Of a stretch of 64,000 nt of DNA, positions 19,261 through 28,523 are shown one piece after another. Position numbers and translations under genes: made by a program. The stretch covers positions 14,343 through 78,342 of the forward strand of contig CAYSWN010000006.1 in NCBI GenBank assembly GCA_964434675.1, in the 5' to 3' direction. The stretch comes from an uncultured Ignavibacterium sp. GTDB lineage: Bacteria; Bacteroidota; Ignavibacteria; Ignavibacteriales; Ignavibacteriaceae. Position 1 is the first letter of the stretch. The number at the start of each line of letters is the position of its first letter. Under the pieces are notes generated by a model that did no database searches, had not been told where the DNA came from, and was given only the letters and a program-made list of their open reading frames with translations.

Positions 19261-22086
19261 TTGGAACAAGATACTATAATAGTTAAAGGCGCACGCGAGC
19301 ACAATCTAAAAAATATTGATGTTGAAATTCCGCGTGACTCATTTACTGTAATTACAGGATTATCCGGTTCAGGAAAATCTTCTCTTGCGTTTGATACAAT
19401 TTACGCAGAAGGACAGAGAAGATATATAGAATCTCTTTCCGCGTATGCACGCCAGTTTTTGGATATGCTGGAAAAACCGGAAGTTGATTTAATTGAAGGC
19501 TTGAGTCCTGCGATTTCAATCGAACAAAAATCTACATCAGGCAATCCGCGCTCAACAGTTGGAACAGTAACAGAAATTTATGATTACTTAAGATTGCTTT
19601 ATGCTCGAATCGGAGTGCCGCATTGTTATAACTGCGGCAAACCTGTAACTAAACAAACATCCGCACAAATAATTGATACGATAATTCAGAATCAATCCGG
19701 TAAAAAAGTAAATGTACTTGCGCCTATGATTCGCGGCAGGAAAGGACATTACCGTGAACTTTTTGAAGAAATTATTTCTGATGGATTTTTAAAAGTTCGT
19801 GTTGATGGTGAATATCACGAAATTGAAAAAGGATTTCATGTTGATCGTTATAAAATCCACAACATAGAAATTGCTGTTGATAAAGTTAATGCAAGCGAAA
19901 GATCGAGAGGAAGATTAACTGAATCTGTTGATGTTGCACTAAATTATGGAAACGGAATTGTAATTATTGATGAAGATGGAAATGATAAAATTTACAGCCG
20001 GCATCTTGCTTGTTTGGATTGCGGAATTTCTTACCGCGAACTTGCACCAAATTCTTTTTCATTTAACTCACCGTACGGCTCTTGCAGCGATTGTGAAGGA
20101 CTTGGAGAAATAAAACAGCTCGATCTAAATTTAATTATTCCTGATTGGAATAAATCAATTAAGGAAGAGGGAATAGCAGCGCTTGGAAAACCAAGATCAA
20201 TCTGGTTTTTCAATCAGCTTGAAGCTGTTGGACAAAAGTTTGGTTTTAATTTTGACACGCCGCTTAAAGATTTAACCGAAGAACAAAAAGATTTAGTACT
20301 TAATGGAAGTCCCGAAAAAATTTCCTTCACTTATAATTACGGAAAAGGAAAACCTGTTACATATCTGCATCGCTTTGCCGGCGTTATGAGTTATCTTAAA
20401 AATTATTATTCTACAACAACTTCAAATCAGATACGGGAATGGGTTGAAGCTTATATGACTTCTGCAACTTGCCAAACATGTAATGGCGGCAGATTAAAAA
20501 AAGAATCTTTATCCGTTAAGTTTGCGGGAAAGAATATTAGCGAAGTAACAAAACTTTCAATTTTTCGTTCGGCTGAGTTTTTTTCAAATCTAAAATTAAC
20601 AGGTAAAGAAGCCATAATTGCAAAACCAATTTTAAAAGAAATTAATGAGCGTTTAAGTTTTCTTTTAAATGTTGGATTAGATTATTTAACTCTCGATAGA
20701 TCAGCAAGAACATTATCAGGCGGAGAAACGCAGCGTATTAGATTGGCAACGCAAATAGGTTCCCAGCTTGCAGGAGTTTTGTATGTTTTGGATGAACCTT
20801 CAATCGGATTGCATCAAAGCGATAATATTAAACTCATCAATTCATTAAAAAATTTACGCGATCTGGGAAACACAGTTATTGTTGTTGAACACGATCGAGA
20901 AACAATTGAAAGTTCAGATTACATAATTGATTTGGGTCCCGCTGCAGGCGTGCACGGCGGCGAAGTTTGCATTGCAGGCGAAACGCCGGAATTGCTTAAT
21001 TCTAAAAATGGATATGAATCATTAACCCTTTCTTATTTAAATGATAAGAAGCGAATTGAAATTCCTGAAAAGCGAAGAGAGGGAATTGGTGAATCATTAA
21101 TCTTAAAAGGTGCAAGTGGTAATAATCTAAAAAATGTTGATTTGAAAATCCCACTCGGAACATTTACTTTGATTTCAGGAGTCAGCGGTTCGGGAAAATC
21201 TACACTGGTGAACGAAACTCTTGTAAAAATTTTGATGAAGGAAATCTATAAATCCAAAGTTGTTCCGCTTCCATTTACATCTGTTGAAGGGTTAGAACAT
21301 ATCGATAAGATAATTGAGATTGATCAATCACCAATAGGGCGAACACCAAGATCAAATCCTGCAACTTATACTGGATTGTTTACACACATTCGTGATTTAT
21401 TTGCACAGCTTCCGGAATCCAAAATGCGCGGTTATGCAACAGGCAGATTTAGTTTTAATGTTGAAGGCGGCAGATGTGAAGAGTGCGGCGGCGACGGATT
21501 AAAGAAAATTGAAATGAATTTTTTGCCAGATGTTTATGTGCTATGCGATGTTTGCCAGGGGAAAAGATACAATCGCGAAACACTTCAAGTTCTATACAAA
21601 TCAAAATCAATTTCTGATGTTCTTGAAATGCGGATTGATGATGCATTAGTCTTTTTTGAAGACCTGCCAAGAATTAACAGAAAAATAAAAGCAATTCACG
21701 ATGTTGGACTTGGCTACATAAAACTTGGACAGCAGGCAACAACTCTTTCCGGTGGAGAAGCACAGCGCGTTAAATTGGCTACTGAACTAAGTAAAGTAAG
21801 CACCGGCAAAACTATGTACATACTTGATGAACCTACAACCGGTTTGCATTTTGAAGATGTAAGAGTTTTGTTAAATGTTTTAAACAAGCTTGTTGATAAA
21901 GGAAATACTGTTGTAGTTGTTGAACACAATCTTGATGTAATTAAAACTGCAGATTGGATTATTGATCTCGGACCCGGCGGCGGCGAACACGGTGGAAGAA
22001 TTGTTGCTGAAGGGACTCCTGAACAAATTATAAAAAACAAAAAAAGTTTAACAGGCAAGTATCTTATTAAAGAATTAAAGAAGTAA
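19261..22086 (+). CDS. uvrA: Excinuclease ABC subunit A
   Basis: 941 aa, TTG start. [16 protein letters not shown], two Walker A sites ([18 protein letters not shown]), zinc-finger Cys clusters and two LSGGE signatures. Confidence 0.97.
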   Translation: MEQDTIIVKGAREHNLKNIDVEIPRDSFTVITGLSGSGKSSLAFDTIYAEGQRRYIESLSAYARQFLDMLEKPEVDLIEGLSPAISIEQKSTSGNPRSTVGTVTEIYDYLRLLYARIGVPHCYNCGKPVTKQTSAQIIDTIIQNQSGKKVNVLAPMIRGRKGHYRELFEEIISDGFLKVRVDGEYHEIEKGFHVDRYKIHNIEIAVDKVNASERSRGRLTESVDVALNYGNGIVIIDEDGNDKIYSRHLACLDCGISYRELAPNSFSFNSPYGSCSDCEGLGEIKQLDLNLIIPDWNKSIKEEGIAALGKPRSIWFFNQLEAVGQKFGFNFDTPLKDLTEEQKDLVLNGSPEKISFTYNYGKGKPVTYLHRFAGVMSYLKNYYSTTTSNQIREWVEAYMTSATCQTCNGGRLKKESLSVKFAGKNISEVTKLSIFRSAEFFSNLKLTGKEAIIAKPILKEINERLSFLLNVGLDYLTLDRSARTLSGGETQRIRLATQIGSQLAGVLYVLDEPSIGLHQSDNIKLINSLKNLRDLGNTVIVVEHDRETIESSDYIIDLGPAAGVHGGEVCIAGETPELLNSKNGYESLTLSYLNDKKRIEIPEKRREGIGESLILKGASGNNLKNVDLKIPLGTFTLISGVSGSGKSTLVNETLVKILMKEIYKSKVVPLPFTSVEGLEHIDKIIEIDQSPIGRTPRSNPATYTGLFTHIRDLFAQLPESKMRGYATGRFSFNVEGGRCEECGGDGLKKIEMNFLPDVYVLCDVCQGKRYNRETLQVLYKSKSISDVLEMRIDDALVFFEDLPRINRKIKAIHDVGLGYIKLGQQATTLSGGEAQRVKLATELSKVSTGKTMYILDEPTTGLHFEDVRVLLNVLNKLVDKGNTVVVVEHNLDVIKTADWIIDLGPGGGEHGGRIVAEGTPEQIIKNKKSLTGKYLIKELKK

Positions 22087-22147
22087 AATTTTCAATAAAC
22101 ATGAGTGTATGAATGCATTTATGCGATTACTCATATTTGTTTGAATT

Positions 22148-22975
22148 TTAATCAGTCGTAGTTGGATCCCAAGAGACTCTAAAACCCTCATCCAAATTAT
22201 TTAATATTTTCATATCAGATTCATCAATAGAAAAATCAAACACATTTGCGTTCTCAATTATTCTTTCTTTGTGTGAAGATTTTGGGATTACAACTATCTC
22301 TTTTTCAATTGCCCATCTTATTAAAACTTGCGCAACAGTTTTGTTATGTTTTTTAGCAATTGATAAAACATTTGGATCATCGTGTTTTTTCATCCTTGTA
22401 AGAGGGGAATAGGCTTCAAGAATTATTTTATTTTTATTGCAGAAATCAAGCAAGTCCTTTTGGTAATTGTAAGGACTAAACTCAACCTGGTTAATAACCG
22501 GAATTACATTCGCATAGGTAAACAACTCTTCAAGATGAATTATCATATAATTGCTTACACCAATAGATTTACAGTAACCCGATTCATAAATCTTTTCCAA
22601 TGCTTTCCAACTTTCTTTCCGTTTACCTTTTACAGGCCAGTGAATTAAATACATATCAATGTAATCTGTGTTTAAAGTTTTTAAACTTTTGTCAAAAGCT
22701 TTTAATGCGGATTCATATCCGTGGTCATCATTCCATAATTTAGTTTTAATAAAAAGTTCATCTCTTTCAATTCCGGAATTTCTTACAGCTTCTCCAACTT
22801 CTTTTTCGTTACCATAAATTTTGGCAGTATCGATATGTCTGTAACCGGCTTCCAAAGCCCATGTAACTGCATTAACACATTCCTGTCCGGATTTTGTGAG
22901 ATAAACACCTAATCCAAATTGTGGAATATCTATCCCGTTGTTCATTTTCATTTTGTAGTTAATATACTTTTTCAT
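22148..22975 (-). CDS. Aldo/keto reductase (2,5-diketo-D-gluconate reductase-like)
   Basis: 275 aa. GYRHIDTAKIYGNE, LWNDDH and IHWP motifs. The start could alternatively be an internal ATG 8-10 codons downstream. Confidence 0.9.
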   Translation of the reverse strand: MKKYINYKMKMNNGIDIPQFGLGVYLTKSGQECVNAVTWALEAGYRHIDTAKIYGNEKEVGEAVRNSGIERDELFIKTKLWNDDHGYESALKAFDKSLKTLNTDYIDMYLIHWPVKGKRKESWKALEKIYESGYCKSIGVSNYMIIHLEELFTYANVIPVINQVEFSPYNYQKDLLDFCNKNKIILEAYSPLTRMKKHDDPNVLSIAKKHNKTVAQVLIRWAIEKEIVVIPKSSHKERIIENANVFDFSIDESDMKILNNLDEGFRVSWDPTTTD

Positions 22976-23035
22976 TTTTGTTATTCCTTTTAGTTTTTAA
23001 TAGAAAATTTTCTACAAATTCTTGACTCCAGAATT

Positions 23036-23227
23036 GTCATTCCCAAGGAAGAGGCTGTGTGAAAATTTGCAATCGTCAGGCTGAGCGGAGACGAAGCCGA
23101 GCATTATTTAATAAATTCACATCTCGACTTCGCTCGATGTGACGCTTTTTTATATTTTAACACAAGCTCGAAAGTGAGAATCCATTTTACGAGTAAAGTA
23201 TTGGATTCCCACTTTCGTGGGAATGAC
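23036..23227. repeat. Composite GC-rich hairpin-element cluster bounded by a perfect 10-bp inverted repeat
   Basis: GTCATTCCCA (23036-23045) and TGGGAATGAC (23218-23227). Internal units: GTCAGGCTGAGCGGAGACGAAGCCGAGC (from 23075), CACATCTCGACTTCGCTCGATGTGAC (23119-23143), and the 8-bp/4-nt-loop hairpin ATTCCCAC-TTTC-GTGGGAAT (23205-23224). Confidence 0.6.
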
Positions 23228-23248
23228 AAAGTATTAAATCTAAATATT

Positions 23249-23995
23249 CTAATAAATATTTAAAAGTTTTAATGCCATAATTAGTATTGCAATTATTAAA
23301 ACAAACTTAATAAGTTTTTCACCTTTCTTAACTGAAAGTTTTGCGCCCCACCAGCCGCCAAAAATATTTCCTGCCGAAAGAGTCAATCCGTAATACCAAT
23401 TAATATTATCTGTAATCATAAAAACAAGCAATGCAGGAATTGTAAAAATAAACACAACAAAAACTTTGTGCATATTAACACGAATCAAATCAAGCTTCAT
23501 CAAATATTGAAATGAAGCCATCAATAAAAACCCAACTCCAACTTGAATAAACGCACCATAAAATCCAACTATTAACATTGATAAAGCTATTTTCCAATCA
23601 ATTGTAAAATCGGAGTTCGTTTTTTCTGTTTTCTTTTTAGGCAGCAGCATAGTAATAATGATTAAAATCATTATTACACCAAGAATTTTTTCAAATAATT
23701 CGTTGCTAATTTTAACGGCTATAATCGCACCTGCAATTGCACCAGGCAAAGTTAATGCTGATAAAATTAAACTATTTTTTATCTCAAAAAATTTTTCTTG
23801 CTTAAATGATTGAACTGCAGAAATATTTTGAAAAAGAATTGCAACACGATTAGTACCGTTGGCAACTGTCGGGTCTAATCCCAGAAAAATTAAAGCCGGC
23901 AAAGTAAGCGATGAACCGCCGCCCGCGTTAACGTTTATAAATGCAGCAACTGCACCAACTGCAAACAAAATTAAAATTCCAACTAAATCCGGCAA
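23249..23995 (-). CDS. TauE/SafE (TSUP) family sulfite-exporter-like membrane protein
   Basis: 248 aa, about 8 TM helices, with the Gly-rich GGGSSLTLPAL motif typical of TSUP transporters. Confidence 0.85.
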   Translation of the reverse strand: MPDLVGILILFAVGAVAAFINVNAGGGSSLTLPALIFLGLDPTVANGTNRVAILFQNISAVQSFKQEKFFEIKNSLILSALTLPGAIAGAIIAVKISNELFEKILGVIMILIIITMLLPKKKTEKTNSDFTIDWKIALSMLIVGFYGAFIQVGVGFLLMASFQYLMKLDLIRVNMHKVFVVFIFTIPALLVFMITDNINWYYGLTLSAGNIFGGWWGAKLSVKKGEKLIKFVLIIAILIMALKLLNIY

Positions 23996-24060
23996 ACCAT
24001 TCCTGTAATTTTTATTTTAACTGTTGTTAAAATAATTTATTTTATTGATGAAAAGAATTT

Positions 24061-24143
24061 TAGTTCTTTTGTGAAACTTGGTGACTTGGTGACTTTGTGT
24101 CTTAGTGGCAAATTTATTTTCAGCCACTAAGGCTCTAAGACAC
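24061..24143. repeat. Hairpin element with tandem 8-mers in a divergent promoter region
   Basis: ACTTGGTG ACTTGGTG ACTTTGTG (24076-24099). Then GTGTCTTAGTGGC (24097-24109), which pairs with either GCCACTAA (24123-24130) or CTAAGACAC (24135-24143). Confidence 0.55.
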
Positions 24144-24243
24144 AAAAAATCATTAATCCTCCAAGAATAGTAGGTTTTTCTTGTGGGGTTAATAAATGAG
24201 TTTATTTTCATCCATTTTTCCTTAAAAATTTTTAAGGCGTATT

Positions 24244-26118
24244 ATGAAACCCAAAATAATTTTAACCGTCTTGATAATATTATTTCAATTATTATTTACC
24301 AGTTGCACTCAATCCCAACAATCCTATGTAAAAGATAATTATGATAAAAAAGAATATATGATTGAGATGCGTGATGGAGTAAAATTATTTACTGCAGTTT
24401 ACACTCCGATAGATAAATCAAAACTGTATCCAATTTTGTTAACTCGAACGCCTTATTCCTGCTTCCCTTATGGCGAAGATAAGTACAGCGGATTTCTTGG
24501 AGCCTCAAAAGAGTTTGCTGATGAAGGATTTATTTTTGTTATTCAAGATGTTCGCGGTAGATATATGTCTGAAGGATTATTTGATAATATGCGTCCTTAT
24601 AATCCACACAAAAAAAATAAAAACGATATTGATGAAAGCAGTGATACTTACGATACGATTGAATGGCTGATTAATAATATTGATAACAATAATAAAAAAG
24701 TTGGAATGTGGGGTAATTCATATCCGGGTTTTTATACAATTATGGGTGTGATTGATGCGCATCGAAATCTCGTTTGTGCTTCTCCTCAAGCTCCAATTTC
24801 AGATTGGTTTGTTGGAGATGATATGCACCACAACGGTGCTTTTTCTGTTTTGATGTCATTTAATTTCTTCAAACAATTTGGTAAGCCAAGACCCGAACCA
24901 TTAACAAAATATCCACCGGCGGCAGAATATCCTTCACCCGATGCTTATAATTTTTTCTTGGCTCATACACCATTAAAAAAATTAAATGAAGAGATTTTAA
25001 AAAATGAAATTCCTTTTTGGGATACAATGCTGGCTCACGGTATTTATGATAATTACTGGAAATCACGAAGTAATTTACAGTATATGAAAAACATTAAACC
25101 TGCATTACTATTAGTCGGCGGCTTGTATGATGCAGAAGATATGTATGGACCGCTTCACATTTATAAAGCTATCGAAAAAAATGATCAACCAAATAACACG
25201 AGAATTGTAATGGGCCCTTGGACTCACGGCTCATGGATTTGGGCAAGCGGTGATTCACTTGGCGATTTTTCTTTTGGTTCCAACACTGCCGATTATTATC
25301 GTACCCAAATTCTTTTACCATTTTTTAAATATTATCTAAAGGGCGAAGGTGATCTAAAAATAAATGATTCCTATGTTTTTGATACGGGAAAAAATGAATG
25401 GAGCAATTATGATGTATGGCCTCCAAAAAATGTAAGTGAAGTAAAATATTTTTTTCAGCAGGATGAAAAATTGAATCAACAAAATCCCAGTACTGAAAGC
25501 TCTTTTTCAGAATACATAAGCGATCCATTTAATCCTGTTCCATACACAGCAAAGTTTCAAGACTCAAAGGCATTTTACAACCCTGTTCACCTGATTGAAG
25601 ATCAAAGATATGTTTCAACTCGTCCAGATGTTTTAACTTTTGAATCTCATGTTTTGAGTAGTGATATAACAATAGCCGGACCAATCATTGCAGATCTGTT
25701 CGTATCCACAACGGGAACAGATGCCGACTTTGTAGTAAAAGTAATTGATGTTTATCCTGATGATGAAGATGATCCAGATCCAAATCCAGCAAAAGTAGAG
25801 ATGGGTGGATATGAGAGACTTGTGCGGACTGAAATTTTTAGAGGTAAATTTAGAGACAGTTATGAAAATCCAGAACCATTTGAACCGAATAAAGTAACCG
25901 AAGTAAAAATAAATCTGAACGACGCTTTTCATACTTTTAAGACAAGACATAAAATTATGATTCAGGTTTCATCATCATACTTCCCATTCTTTGATGTAAA
26001 TCCAAATACTTTTTGTGATATTTATAATGCTGATAAAGATAAATTTGTTAAAGCAAACATTAAGATTTATCATTCAAAAGATTTTTCAAGTAACGTAGTG
26101 TTTAAAATTCTTAAATAA
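24244..26118 (+). CDS. CocE/NonD family hydrolase (S15 Xaa-Pro dipeptidyl-peptidase-like)
   Basis: 624 aa with a lipoprotein-type signal (LLFTSC). Nucleophile elbow GNSYPG in an alpha/beta-hydrolase N-terminal half. C-terminal beta-sandwich region typical of S15. Confidence 0.85.
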   Translation: MKPKIILTVLIILFQLLFTSCTQSQQSYVKDNYDKKEYMIEMRDGVKLFTAVYTPIDKSKLYPILLTRTPYSCFPYGEDKYSGFLGASKEFADEGFIFVIQDVRGRYMSEGLFDNMRPYNPHKKNKNDIDESSDTYDTIEWLINNIDNNNKKVGMWGNSYPGFYTIMGVIDAHRNLVCASPQAPISDWFVGDDMHHNGAFSVLMSFNFFKQFGKPRPEPLTKYPPAAEYPSPDAYNFFLAHTPLKKLNEEILKNEIPFWDTMLAHGIYDNYWKSRSNLQYMKNIKPALLLVGGLYDAEDMYGPLHIYKAIEKNDQPNNTRIVMGPWTHGSWIWASGDSLGDFSFGSNTADYYRTQILLPFFKYYLKGEGDLKINDSYVFDTGKNEWSNYDVWPPKNVSEVKYFFQQDEKLNQQNPSTESSFSEYISDPFNPVPYTAKFQDSKAFYNPVHLIEDQRYVSTRPDVLTFESHVLSSDITIAGPIIADLFVSTTGTDADFVVKVIDVYPDDEDDPDPNPAKVEMGGYERLVRTEIFRGKFRDSYENPEPFEPNKVTEVKINLNDAFHTFKTRHKIMIQVSSSYFPFFDVNPNTFCDIYNADKDKFVKANIKIYHSKDFSSNVVFKILK

Positions 26119-26147
26119 TATTCAATGATATTGTCTATACACCTAAG

Positions 26148-26223
26148 GTCACACTTCGACAGGCTCAGTATGACAAGAAAATCATTTAACCCCAATGTCA
26201 TCCTGAGCCTTTAGGAGGATGAC
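26148..26223. repeat. Two GTCA-headed hairpin units after the S15 peptidase gene
   Basis: GTCACACTTCGACAGGCTCAGTATGAC (26148-26174). GTCATCCT-GAGCCTTTAGG-AGGATGAC (26197-26223, perfect 8-bp stem). Confidence 0.6.
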
Positions 26224-26251
26224 AATTCTTATAACTCTAAAAGGCTAAATA

Positions 26252-27241
26252 ATGAATAATTTATTCAAGATGGTCTGTTTTTTCGCAATATTAATTTCAT
26301 TCCAATTATCAGCTCAAACTTTTTTTGGAAATGAACCACTCGCACATACTTTTTCAATCGTTGCACGTGATACTGAAACCGGAGAAATGGGTGTTGCTGT
26401 TCAATCACATTGGTTTTCGGTTGGCTCAATCGTTGCGTGGGGAGAGGCAGGAGTTGGCGTTGTTGCAACTCAGTCTTTTGTAAACCCATCTTTTGGTCAA
26501 CGTGGATTGGAATTACTGAAGCAAGGAAAATCTGCGCAAGAAGTTGTTGATATTCTTATTGCATCTGATGAAGGAAGAGATGTAAGGCAACTTGCTATTG
26601 TTGATGCAAAAGGAAATTCCGCTTCATATACAGGTGCAAAATGTATTTCAGAAGCAGGAAATATTGCAGGAGATAATTATTCTGTGCAGGCAAATATGAT
26701 GTTGAATAATACAGTGTGGGGTGCAATGTCAAGAGCTTTTGAAAATTCAAGCGGACCGCTTGCTGAAAGATTAATTACAGCACTTGAAGCCGCGCAGAAT
26801 GAAGGCGGAGATATTCGAGGTAAACAATCAGCTTGTTTGCTTGTTGTTCGCAGTACACCAACAGGAAATATTTGGGAAGATAGGCTGATTGATTTACGAG
26901 TTGAAGATAATCCGAATCCAATTATTGAACTGAAAAGACTTTTAAAGGTTCATCGCGCTTATGATCATATGAATGCAGGTGATCTTGCTGTGGAAAAGAA
27001 TGATATGAAGCTTGCAATGGATGAATACAATACAGCAATGAAAATGTTTCCTGAAAATCTTGAAATGAAATTTTGGACTGCAGTCAGTTTAGCAAATACT
27101 GGAGAGGTGGAAAAATCTTTACCAATGTTTAAAGAGATTTTTGAAAAAGATAATAACTGGAAAGAGTTAACAAAAAGATTAATTCCAGTTGGTCTTTTAA
27201 CTGTTGATGAAAAGATTTTAAAGGAGATAATTAATCAATAA
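26252..27241 (+). CDS. DUF1028 family (Ntn-hydrolase fold) protein with C-terminal TPR-like helices
   Basis: A signal peptide, then the TFSIVARDTETGEMGVAVQS motif characteristic of DUF1028. Confidence 0.8.
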   Translation: MNNLFKMVCFFAILISFQLSAQTFFGNEPLAHTFSIVARDTETGEMGVAVQSHWFSVGSIVAWGEAGVGVVATQSFVNPSFGQRGLELLKQGKSAQEVVDILIASDEGRDVRQLAIVDAKGNSASYTGAKCISEAGNIAGDNYSVQANMMLNNTVWGAMSRAFENSSGPLAERLITALEAAQNEGGDIRGKQSACLLVVRSTPTGNIWEDRLIDLRVEDNPNPIIELKRLLKVHRAYDHMNAGDLAVEKNDMKLAMDEYNTAMKMFPENLEMKFWTAVSLANTGEVEKSLPMFKEIFEKDNNWKELTKRLIPVGLLTVDEKILKEIINQ

Positions 27242-27290
27242 GTTTTCGTTCGGTCAATTCGTATCTGTAATGAAGATCAAATAGATTTGG

Positions 27291-27327
27291 GACTATCTTT
27301 CTTAATAAAAAAGATAGTCTTATTTTT
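27291..27327 (+). terminator. Rho-independent terminator after the DUF1028 gene
   Basis: 10-bp perfect stem GACTATCTTT / AAAGATAGTC with an 8-nt loop, followed by TTATTTTTA. Confidence 0.7.
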
Positions 27328-27359
27328 ACATATCATTGAAACTACTTAAGTAAATTTAC

Positions 27360-28004
27360 TTGCAAAACACAAAAGAAATTTTTCGTAAACTGATAATTCC
27401 TCTAACATTTCCAATAATGCTATGGGTGATTTATTTAATGACCTATCTGCTTGATATTTATCCATACAAGTTGGGAATTCTTCCAAGAAATATAAGCGGT
27501 CTTATTGGAATATTTACTTCACCATTGATTCACGGTAGTTTTTCGCATTTAGTTTCTAACACTGCTCCATTAATTTTTATGGGACTTGGGATTTATTATT
27601 TCTATCCAAAAGTTGCTTATAAAGTTTTTACGATCATTTATTTGGGTACAGGAATTTTAGTCTGGATTTTTGCACGCGAAGTTTATCACATAGGTGCAAG
27701 CGGAATAATTTATGGATTTGTTTCGTTCTTATTCTTCAGCGGTATTTTTAGAAAAGATAATCGCTCAATAGCGCTGGCTCTCGTTGTTATTTTTCTTTAT
27801 GGCGGATTGATTTGGGGTGTGCTTCCAGTTGAGCAAGGAGTATCGTGGGAATCACATTTATCCGGAGCGATTGTTGGAATTATTGCTGCCTTCATTTTTA
27901 GAAAAGTTGATCCGCCAAAAAGATATGATTGGGAGGATGAGGAATCCGATACACCGGTTGAAAAGTTGGAAGTATCTTACGATGCTGATAAAAATGATTT
28001 TTAG
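27360..28004 (+). CDS. Rhomboid family intramembrane serine protease
   Basis: 6-TM protein with the catalytic Ser context HIGASGIIYGF and His context HLSGAIVG. The TTG start is uncertain. Confidence 0.8.
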   Translation: MQNTKEIFRKLIIPLTFPIMLWVIYLMTYLLDIYPYKLGILPRNISGLIGIFTSPLIHGSFSHLVSNTAPLIFMGLGIYYFYPKVAYKVFTIIYLGTGILVWIFAREVYHIGASGIIYGFVSFLFFSGIFRKDNRSIALALVVIFLYGGLIWGVLPVEQGVSWESHLSGAIVGIIAAFIFRKVDPPKRYDWEDEESDTPVEKLEVSYDADKNDF

Positions 28005-28023
28005 ATGAGATCTGATTGTATTC

Positions 28024-28116
28024 GTCATTGCGAGCGAGTCTTCGAGCGAAGCAATCTAAAAATAATAATTATAAGTTACATTGCTTCACCCCGATGAATC
28101 GGGGATTCGTAAGTAC
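28024..28116. repeat. Two GC-rich hairpin units after the rhomboid gene
   Basis: GTCATTGCGAGCGAGTCTTCGAGCGAAGCAATC (28024-28056). CCCCGA-TGAA-TCGGGG (28089-28104). The long-range 8-bp pair GAAGCAAT (28048-28055) / ATTGCTTC (28080-28087) links the two. Confidence 0.6.
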
Positions 28117-28160
28117 AAAGTATGTGATAATAAATAAACTTAAAAGTTTTAGGAACTAAC

Positions 28161-28523
28161 ATGAAAAAAACTACAACAGAAACTCGTTCATATCGCACAG
28201 AGATGAACGATAAAATATTAAACTCTGGTTTTAGAGATTTTAATAAATTTTTTGCACTTGATAACAAAGCCTATATTGATGGAGCGCTGAACGCAAAAAC
28301 AAAAGAGCTTTTGGGATTATCATCGTCAATGGTTTTGCGCTGCAATGATTGCATCTTTTATCACATAGATCGCTCAATACACGAGGGCGCAACTCGTGAA
28401 GAGTTGATGGAAACATTTAATGTTGCTTTAATTGTTGGCGGCTCAATTGTTATCCCGCATTTGCGATACGCCTTTGAAATTATGGATAGTATTTTTACTG
28501 AAAAAGATAAAACTGAAGAATGA
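28161..28523 (+). CDS. Carboxymuconolactone decarboxylase (AhpD-like) family protein
   Basis: 120 aa with a CxxC-type motif (RCNDCIFYH) in the AhpD-like helical core. Confidence 0.8.
   Translation: MKKTTTETRSYRTEMNDKILNSGFRDFNKFFALDNKAYIDGALNAKTKELLGLSSSMVLRCNDCIFYHIDRSIHEGATREELMETFNVALIVGGSIVIPHLRYAFEIMDSIFTEKDKTEE

Noticed and set aside
22087-22147. Terminator between convergent uvrA and the aldo/keto reductase gene
   Set aside because: There is only a 6-bp stem (ATGAGT/ACTCAT) with a 22-nt loop and no T-run. That is too weak to call.
24076-24099. Possible CRISPR-like or tandem repeat array
   Set aside because: It has only three 8-nt units with no spacers. No cas genes are in the window. 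No other regularly spaced direct repeats were seen in any intergenic region.
24017-24211. 64-aa minus-strand ORF in the tauE/S15 divergent spacer
   Set aside because: It is built almost entirely from the tandem 8-mers and hairpin arms of the repeat element. It has no RBS and no protein-like composition. I treat it as a translation artefact of the repeat.
24220-24237. Perfect 18-bp palindrome CCTTAAAAATTTTTAAGG 6 nt upstream of the S15 peptidase ATG
   Set aside because: It is almost pure A/T. In DNA this AT-rich, a palindrome of this kind is plausibly a chance event within a 64-kb window. There is no supporting context.
28076-28267. 63-aa minus-strand ORF overlapping the CMD gene start
   Set aside because: Its start lies in the CMD coding region on the opposite strand and its C-terminal end lies in the GC-rich hairpin unit (..SPIHRGEAM). 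This is a typical shadow or repeat-derived ORF.
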